A stretch of 64,000 bases of DNA from the IMG/VR virus record IMGVR_UViG_3300023179_000074, positions 14,320-78,319 of that record; one strand, 5' to 3'. Below the pieces are notes generated by a model, which ran no database searches, was not told the DNA's origin, and was given only the letters and a program-made list of their open reading frames with translations. Below are positions 1 to 8,439 of this stretch, in pieces. Position 1 is the stretch's first letter. Each line of letters starts with the position of its first letter. This stretch comes from a virus. Position numbers and translations under genes: made by a program.

Positions 1-642
1 AAAAAAATTTATCTTGTCCCTATAAACTAGTCCATCCATTCTTCCAGTATAATTATTATTGATAAATTTATATTTGTTAAGATCTAACCCCGGGGTGCCT
101 CTCCAAGGCCCAGACGATCGAATCGGTGCAATAGTTTCAAGTAAATCAAAAATTTTAGCCCTATCATCATTATGTGAGCCCTGTACTATACTACAAAAAT
201 ATTTTTTGTCCGTTATTATTTTTTCAGGATCTTTAGGTTCAACCAACCAATTAAAGGGTGTATCAAATATTCTGCTTTCATCAAAAAGTGTCCAGCAATC
301 TAATACACATGTAGGGAATCTTAGATATCTAGGATGGTCTATTTCTTCTACCCCTAAAACATAATTTTTATCAGATTCATTTAAAATACCATAATAATCT
401 TTAAAAATTTCTCCGGATATAAAAATCTTTTTACAGTTTTTATACATTCCTATTTCTTTATAATTGTCTCTTAAAAAATCATCGTAATCATTAACATTTG
501 CGTGAAGATTGGTCCATAAAACTATATCCGGGGTTTTTCCATCAGGAATAACATGATATTTTTTATTTAAAACAAATCTAAAATAATTAATCCATGAATA
601 CATTTGAAAAAAGTTTGCTCTTGAAAGTCTAACTAATTTCAT
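1..642 (-). CDS. Glycosyltransferase family 10 (alpha-1,3-fucosyltransferase-like), 3' end runs off the window; not in the ORF track
   Basis: Manual translation from ATG 642: MKLVRLSRANFF...KKYFCSIVQGSHNDDRAKIFDLLETIAPIRSSGPW...RDKINF, resembling the GT10 C-terminal FCS...R..F..L...SG motif; TAAATA lies 6 nt upstream. Confidence 0.65.
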   Translation of the reverse strand, partial: MKLVRLSRANFFQMYSWINYFRFVLNKKYHVIPDGKTPDIVLWTNLHANVNDYDDFLRDNYKEIGMYKNCKKIFISGEIFKDYYGILNESDKNYVLGVEEIDHPRYLRFPTCVLDCWTLFDESRIFDTPFNWLVEPKDPEKIITDKKYFCSIVQGSHNDDRAKIFDLLETIAPIRSSGPWRGTPGLDLNKYKFINNNYTGRMDGLVYRDKINFF

Positions 643-681
643 AAAAAGTATTTACAAAAAAAAATAAATTAATCAATATTA

Positions 682-1314
682 TTAGGTAATCTGTCTAAAA
701 TACTCGTTAATCAACTCTCCATCACTTCTGAACGGTATTCCTTTACCAAATATATAAGAAGGTATTTCATTTTCCCAAAATATACATAGCTCTTTTCCTT
801 TATAGTTGTTTCTTATTTGTTCTGAATTTTTATTCGTTTCAATAAATGAATATTTTGGAAACAAAAATAAGTTATCTTCTTTTACATCAAAAATAGTCTT
901 GTGATGTGAGTTACCTAGAAAATTATTACCATTTAAATAATTAAATTCATCATATTTTGAAGGAATGGCAATAAATCCTCGTTTAGATATTTTTTGAAGA
1001 AGTTCAATTAAATCTAAAGGATTAAACACATCTTCAAGAGTATGTGAACATATAGTAAAATCAAAAATTCCATTATTTTTTACGTAATCAAAAATAGAGT
1101 TATACTGATTTTTATTTTCAATATCAATTTCAAATTGTAAAACGTCGGGTTTGTTAATTTTTATTGAATCTGCTATTATTTTACACTCCGGATAAGACCA
1201 GTAATAAGCTGCAGCACCTATATCGATAGATTTAAAATTGTTAGTTTCTATTATTTTTTTAACTCTATTTCTTATTCCATCTATATCATTATTATAAAAC
1301 CATTCAGTAATCAC
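682..1314 (-). CDS. Class I SAM-dependent methyltransferase-like protein
   Basis: SIDIGAA (motif I) and FDFTICSHTLED (motif typical of Methyltransf_11/23); GTG start 5 nt after TAAATA. Confidence 0.65.
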   Translation of the reverse strand: MITEWFYNNDIDGIRNRVKKIIETNNFKSIDIGAAAYYWSYPECKIIADSIKINKPDVLQFEIDIENKNQYNSIFDYVKNNGIFDFTICSHTLEDVFNPLDLIELLQKISKRGFIAIPSKYDEFNYLNGNNFLGNSHHKTIFDVKEDNLFLFPKYSFIETNKNSEQIRNNYKGKELCIFWENEIPSYIFGKGIPFRSDGELINEYFRQIT

Positions 1315-1325
1315 AGAATTATTTA

Positions 1326-2603
1326 TTAACTTACTCTATTACCAATAACACCAGTGATAGGTTCTGCCCATCCTTTAGAAAGACTGTGCGGCCATACTAT
1401 CCAGCTATGAGGCATCTTCTCACTATTAAATTCTCTCCAAACCTTACAATAACCATCCGGGTCTTTCATCATTCTATCAATTTCTTCTTTATCTGCATCT
1501 TTGCGATATATATCTTGGCCTTTTTCATCTTTAAAAGCAACACACCAGAAATTATAGTCTTTCTCAGGCACTTGATCATAACGAATATCTATGCAATGTT
1601 TAAAAATGCTTAGTAAAGAATCTTCAAACTCTTCTTCCGAAAGATTGTCATTAGGATTTGGTGCATATTTATTTTCTAAAGTGTGTCTTTGAATAGCCCT
1701 CTTCTTAAAGCAAAGACCGGAGTAGCGTTCATAATCTCTTAGGGTTCGCTCTTTACCGAAGTCAAATTTTCCAAAATCAATATCTTTCTTTTCATTGTCC
1801 ATTTCAAATAATTTTCTATTACGAAGATGTGATTTATTATTCATTTCACCCCATAGAGGAATATCATCCCAGTGTTTTGTACGGCCTTTACGAGTGTATT
1901 CATGCCACATAACAACTATATGAGGATGGAATAAATCGTACCCGTGTGTGTAAGATCTTACTGCTAAATTAATCTCTTCTCCATGAAAATAATAATACGG
2001 GTCATAGGGTACCTCTTTAATCCATTTACCAAGCGTAAAGATAAAATGGGCAGATACAAAGCGAGCGGGTACCGGGCAGCTTAATTCTTTATACTCATCA
2101 ATAGATGCGGGTAAAAAAAATACAGCGCCTTCGGGAATAAATCTATCAAAATTCATTTTCCATGGAACGTTAATTCTTGCTTGTGGATCATTATCCGGAT
2201 CAAAACTTGAAATGTAGGCTGTAAGAAGAGGTTTTTTGTGACCTTTTTTCTGTAACTGCTTAATCATATCAATACACTTAACATCCCAATTTTGTGCAAA
2301 ACGGTGATGACTGTCTAATTGAAGATGGTACTTTTCGTTTTTATAAAGAGATTGAATTTTATTTCTAGCCCAGCATGTGCCTTGACTTTCTTTATAAGGA
2401 ATATCTAGTACGCGAAAACGTTTATCTGTAGTAAATTCTTCTAAAGATTCCTTTTCATCTCTTTGCCAAGCAATTCCAAATCTTAAATTTTCAGGATATT
2501 TTGCATTCTTAATACAATCTCTTAAAGTAGGTAATAGCTGAGGATCCCTATAAGAAGCAATTGATATAAAAATAGTATTTTTTGAGTTAATCTCTTTGGT
2601 CAT
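1326..2603 (-). CDS. GT60-like polypeptide N-acetylhexosaminyltransferase (Gnt1/Skp1 GlcNAc-T family)
   Basis: IFISIASYRDP, GTCWAR, LQLDSHHRF (DxH) and YFHGEE motifs characteristic of the GT60 / Pfam GlcNAc family. Confidence 0.8.
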   Translation of the reverse strand: MTKEINSKNTIFISIASYRDPQLLPTLRDCIKNAKYPENLRFGIAWQRDEKESLEEFTTDKRFRVLDIPYKESQGTCWARNKIQSLYKNEKYHLQLDSHHRFAQNWDVKCIDMIKQLQKKGHKKPLLTAYISSFDPDNDPQARINVPWKMNFDRFIPEGAVFFLPASIDEYKELSCPVPARFVSAHFIFTLGKWIKEVPYDPYYYFHGEEINLAVRSYTHGYDLFHPHIVVMWHEYTRKGRTKHWDDIPLWGEMNNKSHLRNRKLFEMDNEKKDIDFGKFDFGKERTLRDYERYSGLCFKKRAIQRHTLENKYAPNPNDNLSEEEFEDSLLSIFKHCIDIRYDQVPEKDYNFWCVAFKDEKGQDIYRKDADKEEIDRMMKDPDGYCKVWREFNSEKMPHSWIVWPHSLSKGWAEPITGVIGNRVS

Positions 2604-2609
2604 TGTTAT

Positions 2610-2637
2610 ATTTTATAAGACTATTAAAAAAAATCAA
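2610..2637 (-). promoter_or_regulatory. Sigma70-type promoter of the GT60 gene
   Basis: TTGATT-N16-TAAAAT-N6-ATG. Confidence 0.7.
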
Positions 2638-5289
2638 TTATCTGCTTGTTAATCTTATTGCGTTTAGATATGCATTAGATCCAGTGCAAAGAGAGGCAAG
2701 AATAGTAAGCCTACCACTATCTCTTGGAACTAAGTTATTAATTCTAAACACATTGTAATTATTTGCACTTAGCGAAGGTATACCTGATCCGGGTCCGGAA
2801 GTTTGAACACCGTAAGAACTTGTACCAGAATTATAACTTACTACATATTCAGTTTCACTTAAAAGAGCCGCAGAAGCTGATCCAAAAATACTTAGATCAT
2901 ATATTTTATTTGTATTTAGGTTGTAGAATTCTAATTCAAAATACGAATTTCCATAAATGTAATCTTCAGTTGCCGATTCTATGGCTAAGTTTCCTAAGTA
3001 AGCAGGGCTAGGGAATAATAGCCCTGGGTTAGTCGGGGCCCCGTCAGCACCTGTATAGTTACTAGCGCTTAAACCAAAGCCAGTTGATGTATTAGTTGTA
3101 TCAACAAGATTATTTACATCATTTACTAGTTCAGTTATATTGTTCCAATACTTCGAATTTGAATCAATCGTAGTTTGATCAGTGCTTAATCCTAAATCTA
3201 CTAAAATTTCAATAGGTACTCTGGTTTGCGTTACTGTAGGTGTTGGTGTTTGCGTCGGTGTTTCGGAAATTGTAGGTGTTACAGTCACAGTTGTAGATGG
3301 TGTTAGCGTTATGCTAGGGGTAATTGTAATTGTGGGTGTCGGTGTCATGGATGTAGTAGGAGTAATAGAAGGTGTTTGGGTTACCGTAGGTGTAAGTGTT
3401 TCTGTTGGTGTTACAGATATTGTAGGTGTGGGGGAGAAAGTCGGGGTTATAGATGGTGTTGGCGAATTAGATGTTGTTATTGTTGGTGTCACGGTTGGGG
3501 TTACAGAAGGTGTAGGGGTAACAGGAGCAAAGTTATAAATCGCTCCGTCAGCGAATACATTAAAATAAACTGTACCAGTATCCGTGGGTGAGAAACCAAA
3601 AGTAGTTCCATCTCTTGTATAGTCGTAAACAACATACATATAAATAACATTTTGATATTTTAACACCATTGTGGATTCAGATGTAACGGTGGAAGGACCT
3701 GCGTTAAAATATAAAGTTGATGTGTTATCTGGAGCGCTAATAAAGATTTCCTGGCCTTCTTGTGTTTTATTACCCGGGCCGGATAACTTATATAAGAAAG
3801 GAGTAATAGTTATTGTAGGTGTTACTGTTATCGTTGGTGTTATGGATGGTGTAATAGATATCGTTGGTGTTATGGAAGGTGTAATCGATATCGTTGGTGT
3901 TATGGAAGGTGTTATAGTTACTGTTGGTGTTTGAGAGACAGTAGGAGTAACTGTTAGAGTTACAGTCGGGGTAACTGTAGGTGTTTCTGTAACAGTAACT
4001 GTAGGAGTTATTGTTGGAGTAATAGAAGTAGTGGGCGTTATAGTGGGTGTAATGCTAGAAGTGGGTGTAACCGTTGGAGTTAATGTAGGTGTAGAAGAGA
4101 TGGTAATTGAAGGTGTTATAGAAATTGTCGGTGTCGGTGTTGGCGAAATAGGTATTATAGGCGTTTCGGTAATAGTAGGTGTTATAGAAATTGTCGGTGT
4201 CGGTGTAAGTGAAGTAGTAGGTGTAATTGACGGAGTAATAGATATAGTAGGTGTTATCGTAGGTGTAATAGAAATTGTTGGAGTAATAGAAGTTGTTGGA
4301 GTAATAGTAGGCGTTATTGAAGGGGTTATCGTTGGCGTTGTTGTTGTAGTAGGTGTAATAGAAATAGTAGGCGTAATCGAGGGGGTGATAGATATGGAAG
4401 GTGTTATTGTAGGGGTTACCGTTGGCGTTGTTGTTGTGGTAGGTGTAACTGCAGATGTATTCGTAACAGTTGGGGTAGCAGTTGCAGTTTTTGTGATAGT
4501 AGGTGTTTGGGTTCTAGTAGGTGTAATAGAAATTGTCGGTGTTATGGTAGGTGTAATAGTTACAGTGCATGTTGGTGTAAGGGTAACGGTTGGTGTAATG
4601 GTAGGAGTGGGAGTTAAAATAAAAGAATTTACATTTAAATTTTTAACGTAAAGATTAGTAGGGTATGGGCCGTTTGCAAAACCTAAACAGGGAAATACAG
4701 TAGGTGGTAATCTATAGGGTAATTTAAAATTTACATAATTTGTAAAGCTAGATCCATCATTATGATCTATAATAATACGATCGCCAATATCAGTTATACG
4801 AACTCTAAATACTGTATAATCACTACTAGCAATATTTGTATAAAGAGTTAATGGTTTTTTAAACGATGTAGATGTTAAGTTTTCTGATCTATAGAGTAAG
4901 TCATAGTTTCTATCTTCACTACTACGAATAGATATTGTATTAGGCAGTGGGGTGGAAAATCCGTTTAATTGCAAAATATCAGAACCAAAATTACCGGTTA
5001 TGTCAAAGCCTATACCCAATGCACCTTTTTTAATTCCATTAAAAAAAGTTAAAGCGGATGAGGAAAGAGCTGTTAAGCTAGTATAGGCTAACCCCGGGCC
5101 CGGCGAACCACCCGATAAATAATCTATACTAGCGTCTACAAAAAATAAGCAGAATCCTTCTGAGCCGCTTAGTTGTGTGCCGATACATTTATATTCGAAA
5201 GAAATAATACAATCACGCGTAGTGTCAAGCGTATCGAGCCTGTATAAAACAGATGTATCGTTATCATGATTTAAATTATAAAAAGCCAT
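2638..5289 (-). CDS. Putative virion fibre/adhesin: N-terminal L-type lectin-like domain, two long Pro/Thr/Ser mucin-like tracts, C-terminal beta-sandwich domain
   Basis: GSEGFCLFF...GLAY...LGIGFD..GNF legume-lectin-like motifs and more than 350 aa of TP repeats; start refined to MAFYNL (ATG 5289), just after the upstream stop at 5291. Confidence 0.65.
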   Translation of the reverse strand: MAFYNLNHDNDTSVLYRLDTLDTTRDCIISFEYKCIGTQLSGSEGFCLFFVDASIDYLSGGSPGPGLAYTSLTALSSSALTFFNGIKKGALGIGFDITGNFGSDILQLNGFSTPLPNTISIRSSEDRNYDLLYRSENLTSTSFKKPLTLYTNIASSDYTVFRVRITDIGDRIIIDHNDGSSFTNYVNFKLPYRLPPTVFPCLGFANGPYPTNLYVKNLNVNSFILTPTPTITPTVTLTPTCTVTITPTITPTISITPTRTQTPTITKTATATPTVTNTSAVTPTTTTTPTVTPTITPSISITPSITPTISITPTTTTTPTITPSITPTITPTTSITPTISITPTITPTISITPSITPTTSLTPTPTISITPTITETPIIPISPTPTPTISITPSITISSTPTLTPTVTPTSSITPTITPTTSITPTITPTVTVTETPTVTPTVTLTVTPTVSQTPTVTITPSITPTISITPSITPTISITPSITPTITVTPTITITPFLYKLSGPGNKTQEGQEIFISAPDNTSTLYFNAGPSTVTSESTMVLKYQNVIYMYVVYDYTRDGTTFGFSPTDTGTVYFNVFADGAIYNFAPVTPTPSVTPTVTPTITTSNSPTPSITPTFSPTPTISVTPTETLTPTVTQTPSITPTTSMTPTPTITITPSITLTPSTTVTVTPTISETPTQTPTPTVTQTRVPIEILVDLGLSTDQTTIDSNSKYWNNITELVNDVNNLVDTTNTSTGFGLSASNYTGADGAPTNPGLLFPSPAYLGNLAIESATEDYIYGNSYFELEFYNLNTNKIYDLSIFGSASAALLSETEYVVSYNSGTSSYGVQTSGPGSGIPSLSANNYNVFRINNLVPRDSGRLTILASLCTGSNAYLNAIRLTSR
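3190..4615 (-). repeat. Low-complexity (T/S/I/V)-T-P coding repeats, including three near-identical 30-bp units at 3831-3920 (ISITPSITPT)
   Basis: Directly visible: tcgttggtgttatgga(t/a)ggtgt(a/t)at repeated three times. Confidence 0.9.
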
Positions 5290-5290
5290 A

Positions 5291-8200
5291 TTAAATTCCA
5301 AATACAAAGGCTCCGTTAGAAACATAACCTGGATTATTGCCAAGTATGTTGTATGTTAAAAAGCTTGATGATAGTGTATTGCTAAAATTAACAGAATCGA
5401 CATCTGGAGCTAATTTATACATAGTATTAGTTATATTAATTATTTTACCGTTTACATATTTAAATATAGTTTTAAAAATATAGAATACGTTAGAGATATC
5501 TCTACCTAGATAACTTATACAGTATTGACCGGTGTCGTCATTATAATTAAATAATGGCTTGTCTATCTCAACAATATTTACATTAATACTATTTCCAGAT
5601 AACGAAAACAATCTTAAATGTTCAAAAGTAAGTGTGTTGCTAGATTCTAAAGGATATATTTTATTATAAGCTAGTGTATCAATATTAACTGTATAAATTT
5701 CTGGATAAATTATTTTATAATTTGTAGCGCTTAATTCGTGAAATAGTATTGTTTTGCAGAAGAATAAAACATTATCTGTCTCGTCAAACCAAACTGTAGA
5801 AATTTTTTCTAATTTTTTATAATCACCCCTTAAAAAGAAACAATCATTTCTACTTCTGTTTATTATAATATTATTTTCATAATCAAATATTATTTTATCA
5901 AAAACTAAGTAGTTTTCTGTATCAAATTGTATTGTATCGTAATAAAGATCAAAATTAATTAATTTATTTTTTAATTCATTATTAATACCGTCATTATATT
6001 TTGTATACATACCACTTAATGCCGCAGAAGCAGGTATAATTATAGAAGAATTAGAATTTCTATAATACAACTCTCCATAATCTAAATATTTTACTTGATA
6101 TAAACTTCTTTTTCTATCTAAACCAGATAAACCTTCAATGACTTTTGTATCTCTTTGAGGAATGTGATAATCTAAGTATAGACTTTTCTCATCGTAAGAA
6201 ATGTTAAATTCAAGATCATTACCACAAGGTTCAGCACTGTTAACAAGAAAATAAGTACCATCATAAATAGTAATAGCGGAAGCCGGTGGTGTAAATAGAA
6301 AGTCACCTGAATATACAAAATTAGCTCTAAACGAAGGGCCGTTTTTATTTAACCCTGCATCAATTAATATATTATAATAAAGCGACCCGTCTTCAGGGTT
6401 GTACCCGGGGTCATCAGAAGAATAGTCTGTTAAAGGTACGCCTTCTACTGTAAAAGTAACACCATCATAAACATTGCATAAGAATGTTAATTGTACGTAT
6501 GATGGGCAAAAAGATTCGGGGTAGAATCTATATGATACAACCGGATATGTTATGCTTGTTAAAGCAAACGTGGGTGTTCCATTATTATAAGCGATACCTG
6601 AAAGGGGAGAAGGTGAGATAAAAGATGATCCTTGTGTATAATAACCGGAGCCGGGTGGTATATTATCTGTAGTTTTTAGAATAATACCGGAATAGCCTTT
6701 ATCTGCATCTATAGTAGTGTAATCAAAATTTGCCCCTGAAATACTGTCATTTAAAACATGACCATCTAATAATAAGCAAAAGAAAATATCTAAATTTTGA
6801 TCACCACGGATATTAGATGCTTGCTTTAATGGATGTACATCTTTATAAAGACTAAATTCGTTACCATATATATCACTTTTTAGCTGAACAAGTGTTTTGT
6901 TAAGGGAATATAGTTTTTCTAATCTATTATCAATAGGAAATAGGTTAGAAGGTATTTTAGGGTAAATGTCTTCATTGGACCAAATATTTTTTAAGTCGCT
7001 TTTAAAAAAGTCTTGAGGGTCTGTGTAACGAGATAATCCCTGGTTTGAATAATTTAATGATTGCTCTCTGGTTTGATATGGTCTAAATGTTTGAAAGTAA
7101 GAGCTGGTTTCTGAATCACCAAATAAAAATTGATTAGAAAAATCTATTTTATTAAAATAATTATTTTCTAAAAATGTAAGAGGTGAGGTAAATTCTTCTT
7201 CTGTCAAGCCGGAGACATTTTCAAATTTTTGAGGATCGGGAAAAATGTAGATTGTATTTGCGCTTAAAGAATCACGATTTATTGTAACGGTTAGGCCGAA
7301 GTTAGAAAAATTAGAAAAACCTATTTTATCGGGTTTAAAAAATAGCCCTATATCTTTTGAAGTGCGTAAAAATTCTTCGCTCGGTACAGCAGCAACACTA
7401 GGAAATCTTTTATTAATATAATTTGCAAATTCATTGTTTGCAGTAAAGAGAAGCCCAGATAAAAATTGATTAGATGTATTTCCGGTAGAAAGATAATAAA
7501 AATCTGTACCTATATATTTTTGAATAAGTTCTTTATTTAAATTTAAATTTAAATTATTACTATTATTATTATTGACCGTATTAATAAAATCACTATCTTT
7601 TAAAAACGATAAATTACTGCTGTTTACGGTTGGTGAAATAGAAAAATTATTATTGCCTAGCTCAATTAAATAAAAAGGATAGCTTGTAATTGCATTAACA
7701 ATTGAATAATTAAAATTTAAAAATAAATTAGGATCAATATTGTATTGATTTAAATTAAAATAATCTTTTAATAAACCGGATTGAGTATCATAACTAGAAA
7801 AATTAAAATTAAAACTTGTATCTAAATAATTTGTATAGGTGTCGTATAAATCCTCAACATCAATAACCATATTGTTGCGAATAGAGGAAAGAGAAAGATT
7901 TAAGTTTTTTATAAAATCTGTTAAATCTTCGGTTTCTAAGGATTTTGATATTTCATTATAAATTAATTTTTGTATACCGAAATTTGATCCTTTTAAGTTA
8001 TACCTGGTAACACCTGTTTTTACATCATCGCGCAAAGTACTATAGTATAAACAAATTTCTTTTATTTTTTCTGCAAAAAACGGCACAGCAACTGCCAGAT
8101 CTCTATTATTATTAAAATCTATATTCTTTAAAAATCTTTTCTCATCACTCGTAGTATAGTTAAGTACGATTTCATTAATTAATTCCGTGTATAATGACCG

Positions 8201-8431
8201 GGTAGTAAGTTCCTGTACTTCGCGTTGAATATTTTTAACCTCATACCAGTTATTAAGATAAGACTGATATCTAGAAAGAAAATCTTCTGAACTAGTGAAC
8301 AAACTATTATTATACTTTAACCATTGTTGAAAGGTAAGTGGTTCAATGAAATCTATAGGATTTGTAGGGGGGACTAAAGAAGTTATTGATACTGAAAGTC
8401 TTTCGTCAATAAATCTACTAGAGCGTAACAT
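5291..8431 (-). CDS. Large virion structural protein (baseplate/tail-associated)
   Basis: 1046 aa, Asn/Ser/aromatic-rich, downstream of baseplate wedge genes, TAAATA 5 nt before ATG. Confidence 0.5.
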   Translation of the reverse strand: MLRSSRFIDERLSVSITSLVPPTNPIDFIEPLTFQQWLKYNNSLFTSSEDFLSRYQSYLNNWYEVKNIQREVQELTTRSLYTELINEIVLNYTTSDEKRFLKNIDFNNNRDLAVAVPFFAEKIKEICLYYSTLRDDVKTGVTRYNLKGSNFGIQKLIYNEISKSLETEDLTDFIKNLNLSLSSIRNNMVIDVEDLYDTYTNYLDTSFNFNFSSYDTQSGLLKDYFNLNQYNIDPNLFLNFNYSIVNAITSYPFYLIELGNNNFSISPTVNSSNLSFLKDSDFINTVNNNNSNNLNLNLNKELIQKYIGTDFYYLSTGNTSNQFLSGLLFTANNEFANYINKRFPSVAAVPSEEFLRTSKDIGLFFKPDKIGFSNFSNFGLTVTINRDSLSANTIYIFPDPQKFENVSGLTEEEFTSPLTFLENNYFNKIDFSNQFLFGDSETSSYFQTFRPYQTREQSLNYSNQGLSRYTDPQDFFKSDLKNIWSNEDIYPKIPSNLFPIDNRLEKLYSLNKTLVQLKSDIYGNEFSLYKDVHPLKQASNIRGDQNLDIFFCLLLDGHVLNDSISGANFDYTTIDADKGYSGIILKTTDNIPPGSGYYTQGSSFISPSPLSGIAYNNGTPTFALTSITYPVVSYRFYPESFCPSYVQLTFLCNVYDGVTFTVEGVPLTDYSSDDPGYNPEDGSLYYNILIDAGLNKNGPSFRANFVYSGDFLFTPPASAITIYDGTYFLVNSAEPCGNDLEFNISYDEKSLYLDYHIPQRDTKVIEGLSGLDRKRSLYQVKYLDYGELYYRNSNSSIIIPASAALSGMYTKYNDGINNELKNKLINFDLYYDTIQFDTENYLVFDKIIFDYENNIIINRSRNDCFFLRGDYKKLEKISTVWFDETDNVLFFCKTILFHELSATNYKIIYPEIYTVNIDTLAYNKIYPLESSNTLTFEHLRLFSLSGNSINVNIVEIDKPLFNYNDDTGQYCISYLGRDISNVFYIFKTIFKYVNGKIINITNTMYKLAPDVDSVNFSNTLSSSFLTYNILGNNPGYVSNGAFVFGI

Positions 8432-8439
8432 TTAAATAT

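Noticed and set aside
59-364. 101-aa + strand ORF
   Set aside because: Antisense to the GT10-like gene (1-642), which has family motifs and a promoter
3831-3920. 30-bp direct repeats as a possible CRISPR array or DGR repeat
   Set aside because: Contiguous with no spacers, in-frame coding, differences not adenine-specific, and no reverse transcriptase in the window
3182-4651. Val/Gly/Ile-rich + strand ORFs (3182-3538, 3671-3934, 4031-4651)
   Set aside because: Antisense shadows of the Thr-Pro repeat codons; no promoter or start context
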